A DNA stretch of 36,827 nt from Promethearchaeota archaeon (GTDB taxonomy: Archaea; Asgardarchaeota; Lokiarchaeia; Sigyniarchaeales; SOKP01), in NCBI GenBank assembly GCA_016839585.1, contig JAEOTZ010000054.1:1-36827 (forward strand), written 5' to 3'. A model generated the notes under the pieces. The model did not search any database. It had not been told where the DNA came from and saw only the letters and a program-made list of their open reading frames with translations. Below are positions 1 through 8,175 of this stretch, piece after piece. The translations under genes were made by a program, and so were the position numbers. The first letter of the stretch is position 1; each line of letters starts with the position of its first letter.

Positions 1-551
1 GCAATACCATTTATGATACTGTAGATCAGTATGAAAAAGGATTAGGTTCAAAAATAAAAGAGACAATCAAAGAAGTTAAAAAACTAGTTTTATTGAGAGA
101 AATTATAAACCTCCATAATATTAATGGCATTAAAAGCATGAACCAGATAAGAACAATGGTTAAACAAATAAAATCTGGAAAAGATATCCTATCTCCACGT
201 GGATTACCAAATATTAAATTAGTAAAGACAAAGCAATCGGAATGGATCTTATTTGATGGACACCATTCTTTACTTTCTTACATGATTGCTGGAAGGACAT
301 ATTTACATGAGATCCCTCATTTTGTTATTGAAGACGAGAATGGTCATGTAAATGATAAAGAAATTCTTATATTTTTTGGAATTCAACCCAAAAAATTAAA
401 TGATTCTAATTGGAGAAAATATGTAATAAATTGGCAAGCACCGAAAGAAAGACAATTATGTAAACGAGAGCAAAAAAATATGGGTGAGCTCTTAGATTCA
501 ATTAGTGTTTTTTACAATAAAAACAGAAATTATAACATAGTTGATGTATGA
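1..551 (+). CDS. 5'-truncated hypothetical protein with a ParB/sulfiredoxin-like domain
   Basis: The frame is open from base 3 (NTIYDTVDQYEKG...) into the 93..551 ORF, so the gene starts before the window. The segment LPNIKLV...WILFDGHHS resembles the ParB/Srx 'DGHHR' motif. Confidence 0.5.
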   Translation, partial: NTIYDTVDQYEKGLGSKIKETIKEVKKLVLLREIINLHNINGIKSMNQIRTMVKQIKSGKDILSPRGLPNIKLVKTKQSEWILFDGHHSLLSYMIAGRTYLHEIPHFVIEDENGHVNDKEILIFFGIQPKKLNDSNWRKYVINWQAPKERQLCKREQKNMGELLDSISVFYNKNRNYNIVDV

Positions 552-660
552 AATAAATTTTGCATATTCAAAACTTCTTTAAAAAATTATTTCAAAATTA
601 AGGTAAATTTATTTATATTTAGATTTTCTTATTAGTTCTTATAATAGAAGGATATAGAGA

Positions 661-1467
661 GTGGGGATTAAAACGATTGTTATATTATCATATTTTCATG
701 TTAAAATAGGACCAACAATATTTTATTCTTTTCCTAAAGCTCAATTGGATAAAGAATTATCAAATAGAATTTATGAAGGTATGAATCAAGCGAACAAAGA
801 AGAATTTTTTACACAATCATTCGGCAATTTGAAGTTATTAAACTATTACTTTCAAATTCACTCAGATTGGGCTCGGGGTAACACAGAAATATTGATGCTA
901 TCAATAATGATTAATCAGCAAATTTCTCCTGAAATTGAAGAGAACATTTCATCCTTATGTAAAAAGTTTTCAGAAAAAATGCAATCAAATGAAGACATTT
1001 TTACTGGGTTCTACTTAAAGGAACTAAACAATTTTGATAAAAGTGACAGAGAGAAAATAATAAAAAACGAGCTCTTAATCAATGAGTGGGTAAAAGATTT
1101 ATATTGGGAAACTCTGGAGGACACGAGAAAAAAATCAGAAGAACAGAAAATTACATTGTTATTAGACGATAGGTATATTTTTGAATCCTTAGAGCTGATG
1201 TCAAAAGAGCTGAAGAAAATCAGTAGAGAGATAAGTTCAGGTGAGGATTATCTGAAAGCGAACTCTAATATCAGAAATTCAGTTTCAAATTTAAATAAAA
1301 TTATTGATGATTTATATGAAGGATACATAGAAAAAATGACCGAACTTGATATTGAATATGAAAACGGCTTGTTTTCCGCAGAAGAAGAATTGGATACTGA
1401 TATTCAAAAGAGCAAAAAAGAATTAAAAAGAGTTTTAGAAGGAGAGATTAATGAAGAAAAAGAATGA
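661..1467 (+). CDS. uDENN/longin-like domain protein (folliculin/NPR2/SMCR8-like N-terminus) with helical C-terminus
   Basis: N-terminal 'ILSYFHVKIGPTI' and 'FQIHSDWARG' match the F-x4-GP and D-x-ARG signatures of uDENN/longin domains. The C-terminus is acidic and coiled-coil-like. Confidence 0.6.
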   Translation: MGIKTIVILSYFHVKIGPTIFYSFPKAQLDKELSNRIYEGMNQANKEEFFTQSFGNLKLLNYYFQIHSDWARGNTEILMLSIMINQQISPEIEENISSLCKKFSEKMQSNEDIFTGFYLKELNNFDKSDREKIIKNELLINEWVKDLYWETLEDTRKKSEEQKITLLLDDRYIFESLELMSKELKKISREISSGEDYLKANSNIRNSVSNLNKIIDDLYEGYIEKMTELDIEYENGLFSAEEELDTDIQKSKKELKRVLEGEINEEKE

Positions 1468-1576
1468 AATTCAAATTAATTTTGCGATTTTTTCACATGT
1501 TCGTTTAGCATCGCTCTATTTCTAATTAAGAAATATAAAAATTGTAATACTCATAATTAATAATCTTATTTTTTTT

Positions 1577-2098
1577 TTAAACCTTCAACAGCCAATCTAT
1601 CATAATATCTCCAGAACATTTTTTATGAGAATTTAATAAGCATTTATCGATTTCAGGCTCAATTGTATGGTTTATACCCAGAGCATCCAACCAGCAACTA
1701 ACACGGTATATTACGCCACATTCATATTGTTTGTTAAGTCCAATCATTTCCATTCCTTTGTAGGCGAAACATCGGTTCATTTCCCAATGTATTCGATTAT
1801 TTTCAGGGAAGGTATATACAAAGTCCATAAAATCTCCTTTTATTACGCTAAAAGCATTAGTAATAAAATCTTTTAATTGTTCAAATGTTTTGATTTTCAT
1901 GTTCTTCATTCCCATCGCCTTTTTTACCCGCTGCATTTCAATTACTGAAAGAGATTTAATAGCTGCTTTATTTAGTTTGTTAGCAGTATCAATACCTAAT
2001 TCACGGGCGCAATTATAAAACCAGGAGCCATCGTGAGTCATCCAACATTTAACTAGTAGTTCTTTTAATTGATTTTTATTAAGTTGATCAAATAACAT
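1577..2098 (-). CDS. DUF6125-family protein (V4R/ATC-hydrolase-like fold)
   Basis: 'CWMTHDGSWF' motif and conserved Cys (RCFAY, YECG, KCL...KCS). ATG at 2098 is preferred over the TTG at 2119. Confidence 0.65.
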   Translation of the reverse strand: MLFDQLNKNQLKELLVKCWMTHDGSWFYNCARELGIDTANKLNKAAIKSLSVIEMQRVKKAMGMKNMKIKTFEQLKDFITNAFSVIKGDFMDFVYTFPENNRIHWEMNRCFAYKGMEMIGLNKQYECGVIYRVSCWLDALGINHTIEPEIDKCLLNSHKKCSGDIMIDWLLKV

Positions 2099-2223
2099 TA
2101 TTACCATAATAAATATCAAGTTGATAATGCTTAAAAAGTCTCATTGAAACAGAACCTTGTTAAAATTCTTCATGGATGAGTAGGAAACAAAAAACAGAGA
2201 TTATAATCTATAATCTACTTCTT

Positions 2224-4047
2224 CTACTTCTTCTTCTCTTCAAGAGTACTCTTCGTATCGTAGCTATTTTTTAATGATTTTCCTGATTCCCATTCTTTTC
2301 TAAGAATAAATTTCTGAATTAATTCGTTTGCATTTTTTGGTAATTCTTCTTTAAATTCTATATATCTTGGAACCATAAAATAGGCCAAGTTTTGTTGTAG
2401 AAAATTGTGAAATTCTTTGTGAGTAATCGAAGCTCCTTTTTGAATTACAGCACATATTTTTAAATGATTTTCGGAGGATTTGCTATCAGAAACTTCAAAA
2501 ACAGCGCTTTCGACTATAAGTGAATGTGAATTTGCGACTATTTCGATATCCACTGCAAAAAATATCTCCTTTTCTCTATGAATCATGTCTGATTTCCTTC
2601 CTAAATAATATATGAAACCTTCATGGTCTGCATATCCAAAATCGCCAGTGTAAACCCATCGATCTTCTCCTTTTCTTGTTATTGTCTCTTCTTGTAAGTT
2701 ATAGTACTCAAGTTCAAAAGGAAGTCTTGTTCTTGCACAGATTTCACCAATATGATCTCGTCCAGGAGGAAGTTCTTTTCCTTCTGAATCAACAATTTTA
2801 ATTTCAACGCCTCGTGCTGACTTTCCGATAGATCCTAGTTTTCCCCCTTTGGAACCTTCGTTATTTATAGTAAAACCAATACCCTCAACAAGAGACCACA
2901 TTTCAATTATTTGAATTCCAAATCTCCTTTCGAAGGTATCCCATATCTTTTTTAAGGCACCTGCACCGAATGCATATTTAATTGAATGATTTCTATCAAT
3001 TTTTGATGGCAGTTGATTTACAAGCATTGTCAAGTGTGCTCCATAATAACAAAAACCATCAGGTTTATATTTTTCAATATCACTCCAAAAAGTTGAAACA
3101 TCAAATTTCTCTGCGATTATTATCGATCCGTTATGATACATTATTGGAATTATCAAGAAATATCGTTCTAATCCTTGAAATAACGGTAAGGGACAATAAA
3201 ATTTATTAATATTATCGCCAAATCCTAAATCTTTCAATTGCCTTCCTACACTAATTCCTGACAACGTGAAATAGTTCCTATATAGCACTCCTTTTGGAAT
3301 TCCTGTAGTTCCTGATGTATAGGATATTTCAAGAGGATGAAAACTATTCATATGAATATTAGGATTCTCTAAATTTTCAGAAAAGACTTCTGTAAAACTA
3401 GCATATTTATCCTCGTATTTATAATCATTTGGTGCGTTTCGGATAAAAATTTTCTTAATTTTGGGTAAATTTTCGTAAATCTCCTCAACATTCGCAAGAT
3501 ATATATAATCAATAATTAAAATTTCTGAATTGCTATTTTTCAATACATATTCTAGTAAATTCTTTTTTAATAAGTAACTTATTGGTACAAACACGCTACC
3601 GGTTTTTGCAATGGCGAACCAACAAAATAGAGCCCCTGGATTATTTGGAAATATCAAGGAAATATTAGGATTTTTCAATTTTAATTTTTTAATTTGTTTT
3701 ATAAGTCCATTAGCTATCTGATTTGAAATTATATTTACATCTTCATACGTATAAACCTCATTATGATAATAAATGAATGGCTTGTCTTTATTAATTAATG
3801 CTTTACTTTCTATTATTTTTGGTAGTGTAGCATCTTCAATATCGTAAACTTTTGTTAGGTCACTTAAGTTATAGATTTTTCGAATTTCCAAGTGCTCGCC
3901 TTTTAATTCTATCACGACTTCTTCTTTGTCTCTAAAAGGAAAAGCACTATCTTTAGCAATATTACTGGGAATATAGACCCAAAAACTGTCATATTTACGG
4001 TTTCCCGATTTTTTCTTCGAAATTTTACCTTTTCCAGTTTTTATCAT
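2224..4047 (-). CDS. AbrB-like DNA-binding domain fused to a CaiC-like AMP-binding (ANL) acyl-CoA ligase, catalytically degenerate
   Basis: Residues 1-57 contain 'FWVYIPSNIAKDSAFPFRDKEEVVIELKGEHLEIRK' (archaeal AbrB pattern). The ANL motifs YTSGTTGIPKG, YTGD and GRKSD follow. The A10 motif reads LPKNANELIQK with no catalytic Lys. Confidence 0.8.
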   Translation of the reverse strand: MIKTGKGKISKKKSGNRKYDSFWVYIPSNIAKDSAFPFRDKEEVVIELKGEHLEIRKIYNLSDLTKVYDIEDATLPKIIESKALINKDKPFIYYHNEVYTYEDVNIISNQIANGLIKQIKKLKLKNPNISLIFPNNPGALFCWFAIAKTGSVFVPISYLLKKNLLEYVLKNSNSEILIIDYIYLANVEEIYENLPKIKKIFIRNAPNDYKYEDKYASFTEVFSENLENPNIHMNSFHPLEISYTSGTTGIPKGVLYRNYFTLSGISVGRQLKDLGFGDNINKFYCPLPLFQGLERYFLIIPIMYHNGSIIIAEKFDVSTFWSDIEKYKPDGFCYYGAHLTMLVNQLPSKIDRNHSIKYAFGAGALKKIWDTFERRFGIQIIEMWSLVEGIGFTINNEGSKGGKLGSIGKSARGVEIKIVDSEGKELPPGRDHIGEICARTRLPFELEYYNLQEETITRKGEDRWVYTGDFGYADHEGFIYYLGRKSDMIHREKEIFFAVDIEIVANSHSLIVESAVFEVSDSKSSENHLKICAVIQKGASITHKEFHNFLQQNLAYFMVPRYIEFKEELPKNANELIQKFILRKEWESGKSLKNSYDTKSTLEEKKK

Positions 4048-4066
4048 AGATTTTTAAAAAAATTTC

Positions 4067-4099
4067 TTTACTATTGTAAATAAATAATTCCTAACGTAA
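4067..4099. promoter_or_regulatory. Two TTAC-N4-GTAA boxes upstream of the AbrB-ligase gene
   Basis: TTTACTATTGTAAA at 4067-4080 has perfect arms. TTCCTAACGTAA at 4088-4099 has 1 mismatch. The boxes are spaced 20 bp apart, 21-52 nt upstream of the ATG at 4047. Confidence 0.6.
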
Positions 4100-4128
4100 A
4101 AATAATCTTATAATTTTTTTTCGCATTC

Positions 4129-6135
4129 TTACTTTAAAGGAATTTCATCATATTCTTGTTTTATTAGAGGGAATCTGTCAAGATTATAATGAGGAAAATA
4201 AAGAGAAAAAGTGAATTCCTTTTGAAATGATGGTAATGATGCGATTTCTCTATACTTGATCTCATAGGCGATCTTATTTGCTAGATATCTTTGCTCAATA
4301 TCTTTTATAAATAATTGTGCCCCCATTCCTGCTGAATTTCCAATCTGGAAAATGGAGTTTTGTTCAACTTCAGGGAATAAACCAATAAAAGCAGCATTTT
4401 TTTTATTGATATAAGTTCCAAAGGCTCCTGCTAAAAGAACTTGTTCAAGAGATTCCTTTTTTTTATGTTCCATTTCAAGTAATAAATTAGCTGCAGATAA
4501 AAATGCACCTTTCGCTAGTTGAAGCTGATAAATATCTTTATGAGAAATTGTGATTTCCTTAATATTATTATCATTAATATTTTTTTGATATTGTTCTTTG
4601 TCCCATTCGGCTTTATATATAATATAATGGTATCCATCTTCCCTTTTTACAACACGACGATGTTTCATTACTTTTTCTGATTTGATATTAAATTTTCCCG
4701 CACGCATGATGATATTACATTTCAGCATTTCGGCTATAGTGTCAATGAGCCCTGAACCACACAATCCAAGTGGTTTTATGTTTCCTATTACGCCTATTGA
4801 AGGTTCCAAAGTATTTCTATCAATTTTGACTGATTCTATTGCTCCTTCAGAAGCTCGCATTCCATGTAAAATATGAGCACCCTCCAAAGCCGAGCCAGCA
4901 GCACATGAACATGTAACTAATCCTTCATTATTTCCCAACACAAGTTCACCATTAGTACCAATATCAATTAAAAGAGAATATTTATCGTATGTATTGATTT
5001 TAGATGAGATTATACATCCAATTGTGTCTGTTCCTACGTAGCCAGCAATAACAGGAGGAGAATATACATTTACATTGGGATTACATTTTATTCCAAGCAT
5101 ACCCGCACTTACATTAATTGGGGCTTTAAATACTGGAATGTAAGGTGAAACAGCTAAAAATTCTGGGGTTATTCCAAAAAATATGTGATGCATTCCAGTA
5201 TTCCCTACAACAGAAATATCTTTAACACACGAAATAGAAATGTGAGCTTTATCACAACAATCCTCAAGTATATAATTTATAGCATTAATCACTAATTCTT
5301 TTGCTTTATGAATTGCATTATTTTTTACGATATAGGTAATTCTTGAAATAAGATCTTCACCGATAGCCACTTGAGGATTTAACATTGCAGAAACCGCTGC
5401 AATTTCGCCTGTTTTTAAACAAATTAAATATCCAACAATAGTAGTAGTTCCAATATCGATAGCTAATCCAAAAATCTTATTAATTTTATCTCCGGCATCA
5501 ATATCATAAAGAATCCACGGATCTTCCAATGAGAGCTTTCTAAAAAAAGCTGTAACAACACCATCTTCTTTTCTCATAATATGTGGTAATTTTTTAATAA
5601 TGTTATATAGAATATCATTTACATGAAATAGTGTGTGATTTTCATTTATTTTATAATTACTATTTCTTTCTATTATGCCCTCAAATAAACCAGATAAATC
5701 ATTTCTTGGATTACTTAAATCCGCAGAGGTGATCTTACACAGCTGTGAAGTTATTCCTAGATGAAATTTTTCATTACTTGTTATTCCGAGAGATTCTAAA
5801 TCAGCATCTACTAAAATTCTAATTCCTCTCGAAACTAATGAGTCAGTTAAAAAAACTCTTAAATCTCTAAAAATTTTAGTTTGACATGCTAACCTGTATC
5901 CTTCTAATATTTTTTGGCTACTCAAAAATTTTTTTTCTTTTTCTGATGGTTCTGAAATTTTTGGATTAGGATCTAAAACACGAATAATACATTTTCCACA
6001 TGTTCCCTTACCTGCACATAACGCACCTATGGGAAAGTTCAACGCTAAAAGTGATTCATAAACTGTTGAACCCTCAACAACATTTATTCGTTTAGATATT
6101 GGCTCCAAAATGAGTGTAATTCTCTTATTCCCCAT
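4129..6135 (-). CDS. ATP-dependent reductive activator of corrinoid proteins (RACo/RamA-like ASKHA protein, DUF4445) with N-terminal 2Fe-2S domain
   Basis: CAGKGTCGKC...RLACQ 2Fe-2S motif, followed by DIGTTT, DIGTNGE, CAAGSALEG, GLCGSG and LAGAFG. Confidence 0.92.
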   Translation of the reverse strand: MGNKRITLILEPISKRINVVEGSTVYESLLALNFPIGALCAGKGTCGKCIIRVLDPNPKISEPSEKEKKFLSSQKILEGYRLACQTKIFRDLRVFLTDSLVSRGIRILVDADLESLGITSNEKFHLGITSQLCKITSADLSNPRNDLSGLFEGIIERNSNYKINENHTLFHVNDILYNIIKKLPHIMRKEDGVVTAFFRKLSLEDPWILYDIDAGDKINKIFGLAIDIGTTTIVGYLICLKTGEIAAVSAMLNPQVAIGEDLISRITYIVKNNAIHKAKELVINAINYILEDCCDKAHISISCVKDISVVGNTGMHHIFFGITPEFLAVSPYIPVFKAPINVSAGMLGIKCNPNVNVYSPPVIAGYVGTDTIGCIISSKINTYDKYSLLIDIGTNGELVLGNNEGLVTCSCAAGSALEGAHILHGMRASEGAIESVKIDRNTLEPSIGVIGNIKPLGLCGSGLIDTIAEMLKCNIIMRAGKFNIKSEKVMKHRRVVKREDGYHYIIYKAEWDKEQYQKNINDNNIKEITISHKDIYQLQLAKGAFLSAANLLLEMEHKKKESLEQVLLAGAFGTYINKKNAAFIGLFPEVEQNSIFQIGNSAGMGAQLFIKDIEQRYLANKIAYEIKYREIASLPSFQKEFTFSLYFPHYNLDRFPLIKQEYDEIPLK

Positions 6136-6241
6136 ATGAGTATACCTTATAGATTAACATTCTCTTTATAAGAAACAACTTTGCTTACTTATAAATTCAT
6201 TAAAATAAACTCAAAATAGTTAAAGAAATGATTAATTTTTA

Positions 6242-6904
6242 TTAATTCCTTAACCATTTATCGATAATATCAACACCTTCTAAAGCGTCTTTTGCGTAAG
6301 CATCTGCTTTTGTTTCTTCTGCGATTTCAGGCGATACAGCAGCACCTCCCAAAATCACTTTTACCTTATTTGCTAATTCTCCATTTTTTAATAAGGACAC
6401 TGCTCTTTTTATGAAGGGTTCCCCAGAAGAAAGAAGATATGAGATACCAATAACTTTAACATCTGGCATTCGAGCAGCTTCTTCAAATTTTACAGGTTTC
6501 ACATCTATTCCAAGGTCGATAATATCCATACCATAAGATTTCATTAACGCGATTAGAATATTTTTACCCAAATTATGAATATCACCTTCAATTGTCCCGA
6601 TAACTACTTTTCCTGAATAATTCCTAGCTTTAGCTAAACTCCTTCTAGTTTCCTCATCTATACATAGGATTTCTCCCTCCAGAGCTTCTGCCGCTAAAAT
6701 AAGCCCCATTTCTCCCGATTCCGCCAATCCCTTTAAAATACCTTTTTTTATTATTTCGATTACTGGGACTCCTACATCTATTGCTTGCTTTATTGTATCT
6801 TTCATCGAAAAAAAGTCAAGTGAACTAACCGCTTCAATAACGTTATTAATATAATAAAAATGATTTTTTGCTTTCTTTTTATTTTCTAAACTCACTTTTT
6901 CCAT
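6242..6904 (-). CDS. Corrinoid (B12-binding) protein, MtbC/MttC/MetH-cap-like
   Basis: 'GTIEGDIHNLGKNI' DxHxxG motif, 'DLGIDV', 'VILGGA', 'ADAYAKDA'. A GAGGT Shine-Dalgarno favours ATG 6904 over 6925. Confidence 0.9.
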   Translation of the reverse strand: MEKVSLENKKKAKNHFYYINNVIEAVSSLDFFSMKDTIKQAIDVGVPVIEIIKKGILKGLAESGEMGLILAAEALEGEILCIDEETRRSLAKARNYSGKVVIGTIEGDIHNLGKNILIALMKSYGMDIIDLGIDVKPVKFEEAARMPDVKVIGISYLLSSGEPFIKRAVSLLKNGELANKVKVILGGAAVSPEIAEETKADAYAKDALEGVDIIDKWLRN

Positions 6905-6944
6905 TATCAAAATTACCTCTCTCATTTCTTAATAATTGATATTA

Positions 6945-7730
6945 TCAAATGATTAAAACGATACCATGCCAAACAACATAGGGAACAGATTCCTTTGGGT
7001 GCTCGGGATTAATTACAAATGGTGGTTTTTCTCCACATTTAACAGCTGTAGCAAATATATCCACTCCACATGCCTCTAGTGAAGGTCTAGCTCTTAAATA
7101 CTGCCGGCACATTTGATTATCGAGCACAGGACAGGGGGGTATTTTTTTTTGTTGCATTAATTCTTTAAAATATTCTGGAGAAAAAAATCCACAACCAACA
7201 CAAGGCCCACCTTTAAATCCCATAGCAAGATAATATCCCAAATATGTTGCTTCTGCTTCTATCATTGAGACCATTTGATTTAATAAATTTACATCTCCCT
7301 GGACACCGAGAAGAATTCCGGGAAAAATATGGTTTTGTGTCGGTGGATAAAATGTAATTAAAATTGCATGATTATAACAACTAACAATTTCTCTCATCTC
7401 TTCGGTAGTTGGAGAATGTGGAGGACAATTTATACTAGTTCCGTAACCAAAACACACAGGAATTCTACATTTCCACCGTACGCGTGGATCTATTACAATT
7501 TTATCTGTTGTTATTAATTTGGCATGACCAGTAGCTTTCATTTTTGATTTTGTAATTATTTGATCTATGATTTTATTAGATCGTTCAAGGAGCTCAAGAA
7601 AGATCTTTTCATCAGGTTCAACTTTTATTGGAGATGGTGGCCTATCTTTCTTTTTTGGTAATACTCTCCGCCATTTGAAAGATATTTTAGACCATTCTTT
7701 CTCAACTTCAGGTATCAATTTCTGTGCCAT
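6945..7730 (-). CDS. DUF2284-family Cys-rich predicted metal-binding protein
   Basis: 'DPRVRWKC...C..YG...NCPP', 'GGPCVGC', 'RPSLEACGVD' and C-terminal 'GIVLI'. Confidence 0.8.
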   Translation of the reverse strand: MAQKLIPEVEKEWSKISFKWRRVLPKKKDRPPSPIKVEPDEKIFLELLERSNKIIDQIITKSKMKATGHAKLITTDKIVIDPRVRWKCRIPVCFGYGTSINCPPHSPTTEEMREIVSCYNHAILITFYPPTQNHIFPGILLGVQGDVNLLNQMVSMIEAEATYLGYYLAMGFKGGPCVGCGFFSPEYFKELMQQKKIPPCPVLDNQMCRQYLRARPSLEACGVDIFATAVKCGEKPPFVINPEHPKESVPYVVWHGIVLII

Positions 7731-7794
7731 TAATTTTTAACCTTGTTTATTTTTTAATTAAATACTTATTTATTTATTAAAATATTATACTTTC

Positions 7795-8000
7795 TTACGT
7801 ACGTAAAAATCTTTCTATTGTAGTAAAAAAATATTAAGTAATTATGAAACCATCATAATTTATAAAACTTATTTGTTTTTTACGTACGTAAATCATAATA
7901 ACAGGAATAAAATAATAATTAGTTAATCAGCTTAAAAAAAAAGAAGTATTGACAAGATTATATGTAATATTTACGTTTTATGATAATTACATTTGTAATT
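7795..8000. promoter_or_regulatory. Three TTAC-N4-GTAA palindromes in the divergent intergenic region upstream of the corrinoid operon
   Basis: TTACGTACGTAA at 7795-7806 and at 7880-7891, and AATTACATTTGTAATT at 7985-8000. Confidence 0.7.
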
Positions 8001-8175
8001 AGGAAAATAAATCTAAATAGGGAGATTTTTACTTATCATTAAACATCATTTTTTTCCTTTTTTTCAAACGTTTAAAAGTAATAACTATTATATCTGACAA
8101 AAATGTGGGTTTATATAGGTGCATTTTTTTATCATTATTTGGTATTACTAAACTAAAATAGTATAGAAGATAAGA

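Noticed and set aside
7795-8000. Repeated palindromes as a CRISPR array or transposon ends
   Set aside because: They are only 12-16 bp with irregular spacing, and there is no cas or transposase gene.
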